This document shows positions 37,401 to 51,900 of a stretch of DNA of 64,000 nucleotides, in pieces. The notes beneath the pieces are model-generated. The model made no database searches. It was given only the letters and a program-made list of their open reading frames with translations, and was not told the DNA's origin. Position 1 is the stretch's first letter. Each line of letters begins with the position of its first letter. The position numbers and the translations under genes are program-made. The stretch is from Microthyrium microscopicum (taxonomy: Eukaryota), in NCBI GenBank assembly GCA_010405405.1, contig MU004231.1, positions 1,042,153-1,106,152 of the forward strand, written 5' to 3'.

Positions 37401-40400
37401 TTAGTAGTTCTTAAAGTTAGTCTATAGATATATATAAACTTTATATAGTTCTAAAAATATTTTAATACTATTATGCTTACTTCTACTTTACTTTTCTTTA
37501 TTATTTAGTATATTATTATATATCTAGCTTAGTTATTCTTAGATAATAGAGCTATTTTATTTTAGTAACTAAAAGATATAGTACTAAAATAGAATTAAGA
37601 GCTAGTTTTAAGTTTAAGAGTTTTATTATTTCTTTAAGAATAAAATACTTTATATTAACTATTATAGTAGGTAGAGTTAATACGCTCTAGATAAATACTT
37701 AGTAACTTTTAATAAATTAGATATAGGTTATACTTATTTAATATATTTTAGATATTTAATAAAGAAGATTTATTTTCTTTTATTATATAGTAACTATAAA
37801 AAGATTTTTATTTAGTTAGATTATCTATATGTAATTAAGCTTTTTTTTTTTTTAGAACTAATAAGTATTTTAGACTTTTATTTAGAGTAAGAAAAAGAAA
37901 AAGAATAATCTTATTATAAGTAGCTAATTTAAGTATTTAATTAAATATTTAAGTTATTACTATACTTTAAACTTAACTTTTTTTATATCTTTATATATTT
38001 TTATTATATTATAGCTAAGTTATTAAGTATATATAGCTAAATATAAGAGAATTAATAGCTATATATAAACTATAATCTTAGTTATAATTATAGCTTATTT
38101 ACTTAGGTACTTCTATATTTTATTTTATATAAAGAAATATTTATAACTAATATAGCTAGAGTTTTAGTATAAACCTTAAATTAATTATTATAGCTATTTA
38201 TAAATCTCTTAATATTTATAATTACTAAGTAGAGAAAATAATTAATAATACTTAAGATAAAGAATTTTAATATCTAAATATATATTAAAATTACTACTTA
38301 TTAACTAAAGTAACTCTAAGGTTAAACTTCCTACTTATTTACTATTTATATCTTTTTTTTCTTTAGAGTCTATTTTTAGTTCTCTCTTTTTTTAGCTTTT
38401 TTTATATTAGTAAAATCTAAAATAAATCTAAATTACTTTACTATTAGTAACTTTAAGTTCTATCTATATTCTTATAACTTTATTAGTAACTTTATTTAGT
38501 ATTATAAAGATAAAGTAAAGTTAAGCTTAAATATTTAATAACCTACGCTAATAAAAAACTTTTTAAATATAGTATATATAAATAGAGTAAAGTAAAAAGC
38601 TTAATTCTTAGTAGAAATTATTTAATAAGTTTTACTTATATAACTTAGTTTTTATTTTAGTTATACTTAAGTTTTATTTTATATTTTCTTTAACTAACTC
38701 TATATCTATAAAGAAGTAAATATAAAGATAAGTTTTAATTCTCTTTATATTTATTTACTAATAGTTTAATTTTATTTTTTTTTATATATAATAATAATAT
38801 ATAACTATATAAATATATATCTAAATAATATATTAATTAAAAAGAATTAATATAGTTCTAATTAAGTTAAACTATAAAATATCTACTCTTTACTTTTTTA
38901 AGATATTAATAAAAAAGTTTATATTTATAATCTAAATATTAATTTACTTTTAGAGTAGGCTAGGTAAGTTAGAAACTCTTAGAATCTTTATAAATTAATT
39001 AGTAATTATAATAGCTTCTATAAAGAAGTAAAGAATAATTATTTTTTATTCTTACTTAGGTACTTATATATTAAAACTAGAAATATTTCTAAAAGTAAAG
39101 ATATTAAGAATAAAGGAATAAATTAGAAATACTTAGTATAAGTTAGAAATATATAATACTTAGTATATACTAAAAATAGTAAATATATAATATTTAAAAT
39201 ATATTAATTTATTTTATAATTTAAAGAAGAAAAAGAAGAATAAATTAGATTAAGACTTATAAGTACTATTACTTATATTTTTACTTTATTTAACTAAAAG
39301 ACCTAAGTATAGTTTATAGACTTTAATAAATAATACTATTATATTTTTTAGTATATAAATAAAAAAGAAAAGCTTAAGAATAGTATAGTATTTAGTATCT
39401 AAGATATTAATAAAGCTTATAATAAACTTATATTCTATATTTTAGTAAAATATAAAAGCTTTAATTAGATTTATTACTTTTAGAATAAAAAATTAGAGTA
39501 CTTAATATAGTTATTTAAGAATAAAGAAATATATATAGTAAGTATAAAGAAAGTAGAGTATACTTTATAGTAATAGCTAAAAGCTTTTAGTAAACTATAA
39601 TAAAAAATATATAAAAAATAGAAGTTTCTAAGAGGCATTTTCTTTTTAAAGAATAGTCTTTATACTATTTATATAGTATACTATAATATATTAGTAAGTA
39701 AATATTATAAAGAGATCTTTAAAGTAAGAAAGTTAATTCTTAAGCTATTTAAATATAAAGATAAGAAGTATTAAGTAAGCTTATTATACTATACTTCTAG
39801 ACTAATATTTAATATATTTAATCTAGATTTTTATTTATAAAATTAGTATTTAACTATAAAGTAAAAGTATATTTATATTCTTTAGTAAAAGTTATAATAG
39901 TAATTTATAATTCCTTAAAATAGATAAGATATATATAAACTTTATATTATACCTTACTTATACTAGCTAATTACTTAATATAATTAATAAGGTCTAATAT
40001 AGTAAGTTTTATAAGCTTAATTTTATAAGTAATACTAATAAATAAAAAATATATTCTAAAATAGATAATAAATAATCTAAAAAAAGAATAAATATAAATA
40101 CTATAGGTTTTAAGCTAATTAATTAACTATATAGTATTATAAAGATATATAAAGCTCTAAGTAGTATAGTAACTCTATAGAGTAATAGTAAATAGTAAAA
40201 ATAGCTTATTCTAGTAGACTTATTTAGTAGTAATACTAAAAGTTTTACTTCTAAAAATCTTTTAAAAGACTTAGGAGGGTTAAGATAGAAGAAGCTTTTA
40301 CTTAGAGTTATTTAATAAGTTAATAGTAGTAGTAGTTACTTAATATTAAGATAATATATTAAAAAGATAAGTAGTTTATAAAGTCTTATTTAATCCTTAT

Positions 40401-41199
40401 TAAACCTTCTTATTAGTAAATTAGGCTTCTACTATATATTTTAATAATAATGAAATTATATCTTAATATAGTATTATTTAGCTTTTCTTCTAAAGAATTA
40501 AGAAATCCTTTATATAAATAGCTAGCTAGAATAATTATTATATAGAGACTAATTAAGAAATAAAGAATAATAAATAGAAAGCTTAAATTAAAAAGAGTAA
40601 GAAAGTAAGAATAATTCTTAGTAAGTTTATTAAATCTCTTTTACTAATATATGCTTATTAAATTTAGAAACTAGAAAGGGCTATAAAAAAGGATATAAGG
40701 TAAATATAAGAAGTATTTAATTATAAGTATCTTAAACGTTTATAAGAAGAGGCTAAAGTAAAGTAACTAAATAAATAAATAATTAAATTAAGATAGCTAT
40801 TTCTAGCTAACGTATTAGCTAATAATAGCTCTTAAATTATATAAATAAGTAGCTATAAGAGCTATATAAAGTTACTTTAGCTTCTTAGTAATTAAAATAG
40901 TATAAATTCTTAATTTATAAGGTTAATATACCTAAATAGCTATAGGTTATTAAAGTATCTATACTAGCTATACTTATAAGTAGTATACTACTTTTCTTTT
41001 TAGAGTTAATATTATTAGCTATTACTTATTAATAAGAGGCTTATATATATTAATTAATAAAGAGTTTATTTAATTAAATTTATACTATTTATATCTAGAT
41101 ATATTAAGCTTTCTTCTTTATCCTTACTCTTTTATCTTAAAGTTAAATTCTTTTCTTTCTTAATTATTAGGAATAAATAATAGTAATATACTAAGATAT
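36646..41199. repeat. Tandem segmental duplication, copy 1 (~4.55 kb), extreme RIP
   Basis: Colinear with 41200-45499 throughout, differing essentially by transitions. Confidence 0.92.
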
Positions 41200-44100
41200 C
41201 TAGGATATATAATACCTTTCTTAATAGTAATAATAGTTTAACTATTAATAAGGAAGCTATAATTAAAGTTTAGAAAGCTATGCTTAATGTTTTAAAAGTT
41301 ATAANNNNNNNNNNTAATCTTAGTAGTTTAATTAACTTTATAGAGCCTATTAGAATCTTAATAATATATATTACCTATTTCTTAATAAATATAAAGCTTA
41401 TGTATATTATATTATTAATTTAATTTATAATATATAATAATAGCTATATTATATTAATATATAATATACTTAATAGTTATTTAATAAAGAAAGAAAATAT
41501 TACTAATATTTAGAAAATCTATAGTAAAACCTTTATTTTATTTATCTTTTATAATTACTAAGAAGTCTTATAAATTTTTTAAAGCTTACGTCTTATAGAA
41601 CTTAGAGTTATCTACCTCTATAACTAGTATATTAAATTAGATTTACTAGTACTAGCTATAGTAAAATAGCTTTATAGTAAACTAATAAAGAAGATTTTAA
41701 TATTAGTAGTTCTTAAAGTTAGTCTATAAATATATATAAATCTTATATAGCTCTAAAAATATCTTAATATTACTATACTTACTTTTACTTTATTTTTCTT
41801 TATTATTTAGTATATTATTATATATTTAGCTTAGTTATTCTTAGATAATAAAGCTATTTTATTTTAGTAACTAAAAGATATAGTACTAAAATAAGATTAA
41901 AAGCTAGTTTTAAGTTTAAGAGTTTTATTATTTCTTTAAGAATAAAATACTTTATATTAATTATTATAGTAAGTAGAGTTAATATGCTCTAAGTAGATAT
42001 TTAGTAATTTTTAATAAATTAGATATAGGTTATATTTATTTAATATATTTTAAATATTTAATAGAGAAGATCTATCTTTTTTTATTATATAGTAACTATA
42101 AGAAGATTTTTATTTAGTTAGATTGTCTATATATAATTAAGCTTTTTTTTCTTTAGAATTAATAAGCGCTTTAGACTTCTATTTAGAGTAAGGAAAAAGA
42201 AAAGAATAATTTTATTATAAGTAGCTAATTTAAGTATTTAATTAAATATTTAAGTTATTATTATACTTTAAACTTAGCTCTTTCTATATCTTTATATATT
42301 TTTGCTATATTATAGCTAAATTATTAAGTATATATAGCTAAATATAGAAAAGTTAATAACTATATATAAACTATAGTCTTAGCTATAATTATAGCTTACT
42401 TACTTAAGTACTTCTATATTTTATTTTATATAAAGAAATATTTATAGCTAATATAGCTAGAATTTTAGTATAAACCTTAAACTAACTACTATAACTATCT
42501 ATAAGTCTTTTAATATTTATAATTACTAAGTAAAGAAGATAATTAATAATACTTAAGATAAAGGACTTTAATATCTAAATATATATTAAAACTATTATTT
42601 ATTAACTAAAGTAACTCTAAAGTTAAACTTTTTATTTATTTATTATTTACGTCTTTTTTTTCTCTAGGGTTTATTTTTAGTCTCCTTCTTTTTTAACTCT
42701 TTTTATATTAGTAAGATCTAAAATAAATCTAAATTACTTTACTATTAATAACTTTAAGTTTTACTTATATTCTTATAACTTTATTAGTAACTTTATCTAG
42801 TACTATAAAAATAAAGTAGAGCTAAGCTTAAATATCTAATAGTCTATACTAATAAAAAACTTTTTAAATATAGTATATATAAATAAAATAAAGTAGAAGG
42901 CCTAATTCTTAGTAAAAATTATTTAATAAATTCTATTTATATAATTTAGTTTCTATTTTAATTATACTTAAGTCTTATTTTATATTTTTTTTAATTAACT
43001 CTATATTTATAAAGAAATAAATATAAAGGTAAGTTTTAATTCTCTTTATATCTATCTATTAATAGTCTAATTTTATTTTTCTTTATATATAATAATAATA
43101 TATAACTATATAAATATATATCTAAATAATATATTAACTAAGAAGAATTAATATAGTTCTAATTAAGTTAAACTATAAAATACTTACTCTTTACTTCTTT
43201 AAGATATTAATAAAAAAGTTTATATTTATAATCTAAATATTAACTTACTTCTAAAGTAGGCTAAGTAGGTTAGAAACTCTTAGAACCTTTATAAGTTAGT
43301 TAGTAATTATAATAGCTTTTATAAAGAAGTAAAGAATAATTATTTTCTATTCTTACTTAGGCGTTTATATATTAAAACTAGAGATATCTTTAAGAATAAA
43401 GATACTAAAGATAAAGAAATAAACTAGGAATACTTAATATAAGTTAAAAATATATAATGTCTAATATATGCTAAAAATAGTAAATATATAGTATTTAAAA
43501 TATATTAATCTATTTTATAATTTAAAAAAAGAAAGAAAGAGTAAATTAAACTAAGACTTATAAGTACTATTACTTATATTTCTACTTTACTTAATTAAAA
43601 GACTTAAGTATAATTTATAGACTTTAATAAATAGTATTACTATATTCTTTAGTATATAGATAAAGAAGAAAAGCTTAAAGATAGTATAGTATTTAGTATT
43701 TAGAGTATTAGTAAAGCTTATAATAAACTTATATTTTATATCTTAATAAAATATAAAAGCTCTAATTAAATCTATTACCTTTAGAATAAGAAATTAAAGT
43801 ACTTAATATAGTTACTTAAAAATAAAAGAGTATATATAGTAAGTATAAAGGAAGTAGAGTATACTCTATAGTAATAACTAAAAGCTTTTAATAAACTATA
43901 ATAGGAAATATATAAAAGGTAGAAGTTCTTAAGAAGTATCTTCTTTTTAAGAAATAGTCTTTATACTATTTATGTAGTATATTATAATATATTAGTAAGT
44001 AAATATTATAAAGAGATCTTTAAAGTAAGAAAGTTAATTTTTAAGCTATTTAAATATAAAGATAAAGAGTATTAAGTAAGCTTATTATACTATACTTTTA

Positions 44101-45499
44101 AACTAATATTTAATATATTTAATCTAAATCTTTATCTATAGAATTAGTACTTAACTATAGAGTAAGAGTATATTTATATTCTTTAGTAAGAGTTATAATA
44201 GTAATTTATAATTTCTTAAGATAGATAAAATATATATAGACCTTATATTATATCTTACTTATACTAGTTAATTACTTAATATAACTAATAAGGTTTAATA
44301 TAGTAAGTTTTATAAGCTTAATTTTATAAGTAATATTAGTAAGTAGAAGATATATTCTAGAATAAATAATAAATAACCTAAAAAAAGAATAAATATAAAT
44401 ATTATAAGTTTTAAGCTAATTAATTAACTATATAGTATTATAAAGATATATAAAGCTCTAGGTAGCGTAGTATCTTATAGAGTAATAATAAATAGTAAGA
44501 ATAGCTTATTTTAGTAAACTTATTTAATAGTAATACTAAAAGTTTTACTCTTAAAAATCTTTTAAAAAACTTAGAAAGATTAAAGTAAAAGAAGCTTTTA
44601 CTTAGAGTTATTTAATAAGTTAATAATAGTAGTAGTTACTTAATATTAAGATAATATACTAAAGAGGTAAGTAGTTTATAAAGTTTTATCTAATTCTTAT
44701 TAAACCTTTTTATTAGTAAATTAGGCTCTTACTATATATTTTAATAATAATAAAATTATATTTTAATATAGTACTACTTAGTCTTTTTTCTAAAGAATTA
44801 AGAGATTCCTTATATAAATAGCTAGCTAGAATAATTATTATATAGGAACTAATTAAGAAATAGAAAATAATAAATAAAGAGCTTAAATTAAAAAGAGTAA
44901 GAAAGTAAAAGTAATTCTTAGTAAGTTTATTAAACCTTTTCTACTAATATATACTTATTAAATTTAGGAATTAGAAAAGGCTATAAAAAAGGATATAAAG
45001 TAAATATAAGAAGTATTTAATTATAAGTATCTTAAACGTTTATAAGAAGAAGCTAAAGTAAAGTAACTAAATAAATAGATAATTAAACTAAGATAGCTAC
45101 TTCTAGCTAATATATTAGCTAATAATAGCTCTTAAATTATATAAATAGGTAGCTATAGGAGCTATATAAAGTTACTTTAGCTTTTTAGTAATTAAAATAG
45201 TATAAGTTCCTAATTTATAAAGTTAATATATCTAAATAGCTATAGATTATTAAAGTATCTATATTAGCTATACTTATAAATAGTATACTACTTTTCTCTT
45301 TAGAGTTAATATTATTAGCTATTACTTATTAATAAGAGGCTTATATATATTAATTAATAGAGAGTTTATTTAATTAAATTTATACTATTTATATCTAAAT
45401 ACATTAAGCTTTTTTCTTTATCTTTACCCTTTTATCTTAAAGTTAAATCCTTTTCTCTCCTAATTATTAGGGATAAATAATAGTAATATGCTAAGATAT
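41200..45499. repeat. Tandem segmental duplication, copy 2 (assembly gap at 41305-41314)
   Basis: Starts ctaggatatataatacc as at 36646 and ends tagtaatatgctaagatat as at 41181-41199. About 260 bp present in copy 1 are replaced by Ns. Confidence 0.92.
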
Positions 45500-46773
45500 T
45501 ATATAGGGCTAGAATGCCCCTAAAGTAGCTAAATAGGAGGGGCATTAAGTAATTTTCGTATCCTTCAAATATTCCTCCTAAATTGCGCAAGCTCTGTCCT
45601 TATAGCCCTCTGATTTCTAGAAAGCTTCCTTAATCATAGATATATTCGTGATCCATGCTACAACAACCTTCCTCTTTGTTTCATTATTGCCACGCCTAAG
45701 AAGAGTGTTCTCAAGGCCGTCCAGCAGGCTTTCAAGATTCAAGCCGTGTTCACGGGATCTGTCGTTCTCGCTCTAGTATTAGTTGTCAAGAAATTTGATT
45801 TCCATCTGTAGGCAAGTGATCATGGCGGGAAAATATTCGATAGCTTCGACCTCATAACCGCACATAATGGACCCTCCAATAGAGAACGTAAGGTGAAGGT
45901 TGTACGGTGGAAGAAGCAGTGTCTGGCCGTCCCTAAGCACAACAAATACACCTCCTTTAAGCTGCTTATAGCACCCTAAAAATTTGTTTCCCTGACCAAA
46001 CTGTCCCCGAAACACGCGGAGATTCTCCTCGGTAGGAGGCCATATTGGAATGAGTTTTGGCTTCCCAAAGAGCGTCACAATCGTGTAACCGGGATCTAGA
46101 TCAATCAGTTATATGGCTAATAGCTAATCAATAGGGGAGTATACCGTAATGGATATCTATCAATGCGTATTTTGGGGTAACGTTCGCAGCCACTAGTTTA
46201 CGGTTATATATAGTAAAGTTGTCATACACTTCTCTGATACGAGCAACTTGGTCCTCCAATGACGGTAGAGGTATTTCCATTATATGCGCCTGCGGAGGAT
46301 TGTCCTCTGCATCAAATTTGTTCATGATCGTCGCTGCTTTAAAACAGTCATTTGTGAATGTTTCGGCTTCGGGCTCCCATACTTTGAGCTGTGAATTTAT
46401 CAGTTGGATCTCAAAAGAGCTAAAAAGAGAGAAATATGAGCGTACTTACAGGATTCTTGCTTTGTATCATTTCGCCAAGTGTAATATTTCGCATCTCCTC
46501 AAACGAATACGAAAACTTCCAACTTCCGACACTTGAAATGCGCGGAAGGAACTCTCCAAATGCGTCAAATCGTTCAGGATGTGCTTTGATTGCAGGCAAA
46601 TGTAAAATATCTGCGCCGCAGAGCGCATTTGTAATGGGGCTTTGGGGAACGCTGTATTCCTCGAAGACCCCAGATATGGTGGGTTTGGAGTGGTTATGAA
46701 GCCGTTCTTGATGCCGTCTCAGATGAGTTCCCCTTGAAAAGGTTCTCTTACATTCCAAGCAGATTCTGTTCAT
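45404..46773 (-). pseudogene. C2H2 zinc finger plus JmjC-domain protein; 3' part has RIP stops and lies partly inside the duplication
   Basis: CLECKRTFSRGTHLRRHQERLH. After two introns: ANVTPKYALIDIHY|DPG (HxD), KLIPIWPP, LLLPPYNLHLTFS. C-terminal CPS(Y)...F*P(Y)I.S*H is a possible second finger. Confidence 0.75.
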
Positions 46774-46844
46774 TTTTGAGGTGCTGGTGTTGGTGCCAGC
46801 AGCAGGCGTCAGGAGCGAGTTCCAGGAGCGAATGTAGCAGTTCT

Positions 46845-47045
46845 CGGGGCAAGTCGTCGGACGCAGGGGCAATTTGCGGGGCATACATGGGGCAAGTCTT
46901 GAGGCAGGTGTTGGGCAATTCTCGGGGCCGGCGTTCGGCAATTGTCAGGGCAGGGCTCGGGCAGTTGGCGGGCAGATTGCGGGGCATACATTCGGCAAAT
47001 GTTCCGACAGGGGTTGGGCAGTTAACAACATGCAGAGGCAATTGA
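46845..47045. repeat. Array of ~16 (G/C)GGCA units at 11-12 bp spacing upstream of the C2H2-JmjC gene
   Basis: ggggcaag, ggggcaat, ggggcata, ggggcaag, gaggcagg, tgggcaat ... gaggcaat; ttgcggggcataca recurs at 46874 and 46977. Confidence 0.75.
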
Positions 47046-47178
47046 CAACCGTCACTTCGTTCTTCTTCTTTATATTCTCCAATTTATTAATGGATGTTCA
47101 GCACGCAAGACGGTGAGGTATTTCAGTCAAGTAGTTTCTTTGTTGAGAAGGGACTCGAATTAAGCATCCGTCTCGGCG

Positions 47179-47195
47179 GGACCTTATTTCGGACC
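47179..47195. promoter_or_regulatory. Dyad upstream of the C2H2-JmjC gene
   Basis: ggacc-ttatttc-ggacc. Confidence 0.55.
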
Positions 47196-47760
47196 CCTCT
47201 CCGAAAAAGCGGTTTTAGGCGCGAGTAGTTGGTTTTGGTCCCCTCTCAACCTGGGTGTTGAACAAGTAATTGTGTTGTTGTCCATATAGATGAGATACAG
47301 TCTCCTACTAATATCTTTCAAAGGACTGCTATAATATTTCTTCCTCTAGTGACTAACCTAATCACTGTAACTCCCACTCTGACGGTAGCGGATCTGATAC
47401 ATTTCCACTTGTAAATTCGAACTCGTAAGCTTGAAGCCCACGAACCATGGAAGCGGTTTTAGTAGCGGTCTTGAGTAAAGCCACAAAAGAGGCACGACGC
47501 ATTCATCATCGAAGACGACAGTAACGGCCCAGTCACGATTCAGCAACACTGACGTGCAACTTTAGATCATATTAGGGTCATCACTTAGGGATGCACCAAC
47601 CACATCCATAGAAGAAGAGCAAAGCTGTGTTGTAGCTTACATTGAGAAGTTATTCAAAACGAGGTCATATCCTATAGAACTTCTACTTTATATTGTTCAA
47701 TTGCCATCTGTCAGAATCCGATAGGCATCAGGTCTGCCTTCTGCTCTCCTTCCTGAAAAC

Positions 47761-48660
47761 TCAAAACACGATAGGGGATAGTATGCTAGTTATTACCGCA
47801 ATACCGGCCAAACATAGGCTCCAAATTGTGAGTTTACCCACTTCTCCGTGCTCGACTTGAATCCAAGACGGTAGCTGCTTGGCTTTGGAGTTTAATATGC
47901 TAAGGACAACGACAGGTGCGATGAAAAGAACACAACATATCGTTCCCAGTAGAAGCAGTACACCAAATTTCACAATCTTCAATCCCAATATGCTTGACAG
48001 ACAGATCAATGGAAGAAACATTGAGCATATTGTCATAGCTGCCATGACAAGCATTAGTACCAAACCTAGCAGTAGGGCGCCATATATGGCCATGGGCGTA
48101 ATCTGCTTCAGGGCACTGCTGAGGGATTCAACATCGTTCCACTCAGGTTGGAAATACTTCTGCACATCAGTTGGGATCAAGCTAGAAATGTTAAGGGGCA
48201 AGCTATAACAAGAAACGTTGTGAGGTAATCCAATACAAAATTCCTTGGTGCCAAGCAACAAGTTTTGAGGGATCAGCTCTTCGATTGAGCTTGGAATTAC
48301 AGTACTCAAGGTACTTGCTGCACTTTGAACTTGGCTTATCGCAGCGGGAACCTCAGTTGCTACGCCAGCAGCGGCACTTTAGATACCGCCTTGGAGTGAT
48401 TGAATGATGTCTAACTCAGAGACACGTTTGACCTTAACCTTCGTTAAATAGGCTGCAGAGGCGATACCCGTAAAGTTGAACTGTGGATTCCATCACTAGA
48501 AGTTCCATAGGTCGAAGGAGCTACTTACTCAAAATGTTGCAATTCCGGCTTTGATATTGCTTTATGAGGTCAAAACTTCCAGGACCAAGGCGACAGAACC
48601 GATAAACGTGAGTAGAAGGATCCAAAGAATGCCATGTTTGATCCAATATCGCGCAGTCAT
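47761..48660 (-). pseudogene. SUR7/PalI-like four-TM membrane protein, RIP stops in the 5' half
   Basis: N-terminal TM (GILWILLLTFIGSVALVL), intron, extracellular loop with LGTKEFCIG...SC, three C-terminal TMs. In-frame TAA/TGA stops. Confidence 0.55.
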
Positions 48661-48757
48661 TTTGCTTGTGATGGCTTCAATAACTTGAAAGAATTTGGAC
48701 GGCAGAAGCTCATTCAGATGTTCCGGGAAGTGGATTCTGTTTCATTCGTGAGAGGGA

Positions 48758-48830
48758 GGTCCGGATTCAGACCCAGGGGTCCAAAATCAGGCCCTCTTAA
48801 CAATGACCACGCCATGCCTGATTTTGGACC
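48758..48830. promoter_or_regulatory. Three dyads in the divergent promoter of the tetraspan and helicase genes
   Basis: ggtcc-ggattca-gaccc, ggtcc-aaaatca-ggccc, atgcc-tgatttt-ggacc. Confidence 0.65.
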
Positions 48831-48938
48831 CCGCCGCTGCTGAGTGCTCTAGAGGCTTTTTGAAAGTACCATACGGTAGGTTATAGGTTTGAGCCGTTCA
48901 TACTTTTTCAAGTTACTCTGCTAGATCACAAGATCAAA

Positions 48939-51900
48939 ATGTCAAGCTCAGGAGTGGCCCATGAAGCTGCCACAGACCGACACGACAATGACAAAAAGAG
49001 TATCTCACAGATCGCTATTATTCCAACCGAGGGCGAGATCCGCAGTGAATGGCCAGAGTATCTTCCGGCACCTCTTCACTTTCCGCAGCATCCACTTCAA
49101 GGTGTCCAACATATTTTCGACACCCAATTCCGACTCCATCGGCAAGATGCATTCGCTAACGTCAAGCACACTATTAAGAATCTGCTCCTAAAATGTCCTG
49201 CAGGTGATACCAGGCGGAACGACGACAACGGCCGGACCAACCATCATCAGAGTGCTCGTGCCTAGGTCTATTCCGGTGCTACAATCACCCAAATGCGGTG
49301 GACAAAGAAGCATGGCCTCGAGGCCCAGATCAGATTCCAACCTCCGGCGGATGTTCAGCGGAAGACTACATCTCAGCGTCGCCGGTGGTGGAATGCCACG
49401 AAACGGCTCGAGGAAGGGGTGCTGCTCTGCTTGATAACATTCTGCGACAAAAAGGGTACGCCCGTGTTCTTCACAGTTTCTAAGAAGAACACAGACTACC
49501 AAATCGGTGATAGCTTGATCACCGAAAACGGACCAGTGATATCGGCAAAATTTACCACAACAACAACAGTCCAAGATTTGATAGCTCTTGCAGTTAGCTT
49601 TCAAAGGGCAAATAACTTGCTCGTAGAGTTTCCAGGCGTTATCCCAACAACATTTGTGCCAGTCCTTGAAAACTTGCAAGAGTTACTCGTTAGCCGTCGA
49701 TCAGCTCTGCTGAAGTGGCTCCTCAAACCAGGCTTAGGCTTTTCAAGCTCTATACGGCCTCCTGTCTATGCTCGCCTTCCTGGATTCGCATTTGACCTAT
49801 CGCCTATCATAAGCGATCCCACAATATCTCTTCATTACAAACCAGGAACCAACACTGCACGCATGGAAGAAAGTCTAAAACATTTAACAACGCTTAATGA
49901 AGGCCAGTGCAAAGCATTACTCTCTGGCCTTAGTCGCGAATTTGCACTCATACAAGGACCGCCAGGGACTAGAAAATCTTATGTCGGTACTCAGCTCGTC
50001 CGTATACTTCTCACCAACAGAGAAAGTGCTGCTCTGGGTCCTATCATTGTGGTCTGCCATACCAACCATGCTCTTGATCAGTTTCTGGAGCATCTTCTTA
50101 CTGCTGGCGTCAAGAACATGATCCGCATTGGAGGCAATGGCACATCCAGCTTACTTAAATCAAAGAATTTGCGCACCATCTCCAGGCAGAGCCTCAAATC
50201 CAGGCCACAGGCACACACATTGAGCCTCGCCTACAAGGCAAAAGAGCGTGGCGAACACATCCTGCTCAACCATCTGAAGAGCGCCTCTCGCATTCAAAAT
50301 CCAGATCCTAATTAGAACTCTATACGAGACTACTTACATCAAAACTATATTGAGATCTATGAACAATTTTTGTTTTCTGTACGAACTGGGTCCAAGGCGG
50401 GATCGAAAGTTACACCATTCGACCTTTGGTTAGCTGAATGTAGAAAGGGCTCTGTAAAGCCTATGGAGTCATTCACATCATCCAAGCTCGAAACAGTTTT
50501 GTCTTTAGCGAAGAAGAATATCTATCATCTCGAGTTTCAAGATAGAACAGCGTTAGTAAATCATTGGACGAATGAGATCACAGGTAATATCATGCGTAAT
50601 ATGTCTGATTCGCTTCAAGACATTGAGAATTCGCAGACGACCATTAGTCTCGTGCATGAAGATGTCAATCGGCGGATTTTAGGTGCTGCCGACGTCATTG
50701 GACTCACCACGACTAGCTTAGCCAAGAATGCCTCAGTCTTGCGTAGTGTCAACGCGAAGGTAGTTGTGTGTAAGGAAGCTGCGGAGGTTTTGGAAGCTCA
50801 TATGCTTAGCACGTTTATGCCCAGCGTACAGCACCTTATCTTGATCGGAGACCACGAGCAACTGAGACCGCAGATCAGGAGTTATGACTTGTTCTCCATT
50901 AAGAGCAACCAAGGAAAGCGGTATCAGCTCGATCGTAGTCTCTTTAAGCGGTTGGCTGGACAGTCAACCGGGCAGCATCGGATTCCCATTACTCAGCTCA
51001 ATATTCAACGACGCATGAGACCCAAGATCTCTAGGCTGATTCGAAATACATTATACCCCAAACTGGTGGACCATCCGGATACTAAAAGCTTACCCAATGT
51101 ACCGGGCATGAGGAAGAATGTGTTCTGGTACCATCATACGAATCCAGAAGCAAGCCCTCAGGACGGCACCGAAGGAAAGTCGCACAGCAATGACTTTGAG
51201 GTACAGATGACCTCTGCTCTTGTACGCCATATTATCCAACAGGGCGTTTACAAGAGTAGCGAGATTGTAGTCTTGACTCCTTACGCAGGCCAGCTTCGCA
51301 AACTTCAAAGGGCGCTCTCCAGATCCTTTGAAGTCATCCTTAGCCAAGCAGACAAGGTCACACGTGCGAGCACTCAGCTAGAAGAAGCGAGACCCAAACT
51401 TCAAAGCAACCATTTACCGCACCAAAGGCGAGACTCGGAGCAATCAATGCAGAGAAAGCATAAACAGGTCCTGCGAATCGCCACTATCGACAACTTCCAA
51501 GGTGAGGAAGCGAAAGTCGTCATTATATCCCTAGTACGTAGCAACATGATAAAGAGTGTTAGGTTCTTGAAAACGACAAACCGAATCAATATACTGCTCA
51601 GTAGAGCTAAACACAGCATGTACCTTATCGGCAACGCGGATACTTATGCTCACATTCCAATGTGGAGCAAAGTCCTCAACATGCTTAAAGAGGCAAATGC
51701 AATTGGGTCGGCATTTAGCCTATATTGCCCTCAGCATCAGGACACAGACATATTAGTATCTCAACCAGAAGATTTTGAATTCTACAGCCCAAATAGGGGG
51801 TGCAGAGAAATGTGTGATAGGTAAGCACAAGCATCTCCTATAATTCTGCTATACATTCTCTCAAGGTTGATCTATGCTGCTTTTCATTGCACGAATCATT

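Noticed and set aside
41199..41212. Resemblance of taggatatat to the T-DNA border core CAGGATATAT
   Set aside because: It is the Ala-Arg-Ile-Tyr codons of the methyltransferase, and the rest of the 25-bp border is absent.
36646..45499. AT-rich block as a transposon insertion with a 9-10-bp target duplication (gctaagatat on both sides)
   Set aside because: The left flank continues in frame as the methyltransferase N-terminus, the right end continues the JmjC frame, and no TIRs or transposase are visible. It fits a segmental duplication.
36646..45499. Mitochondrial insertion or centromeric satellite
   Set aside because: The copies differ by RIP-type transitions and decode to a non-mitochondrial gene.
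46734..47116. Several overlapping Pro/Cys- or Gly-rich ORFs
   Set aside because: By-products of the GC-rich GGCA array, whose period is not a multiple of 3.
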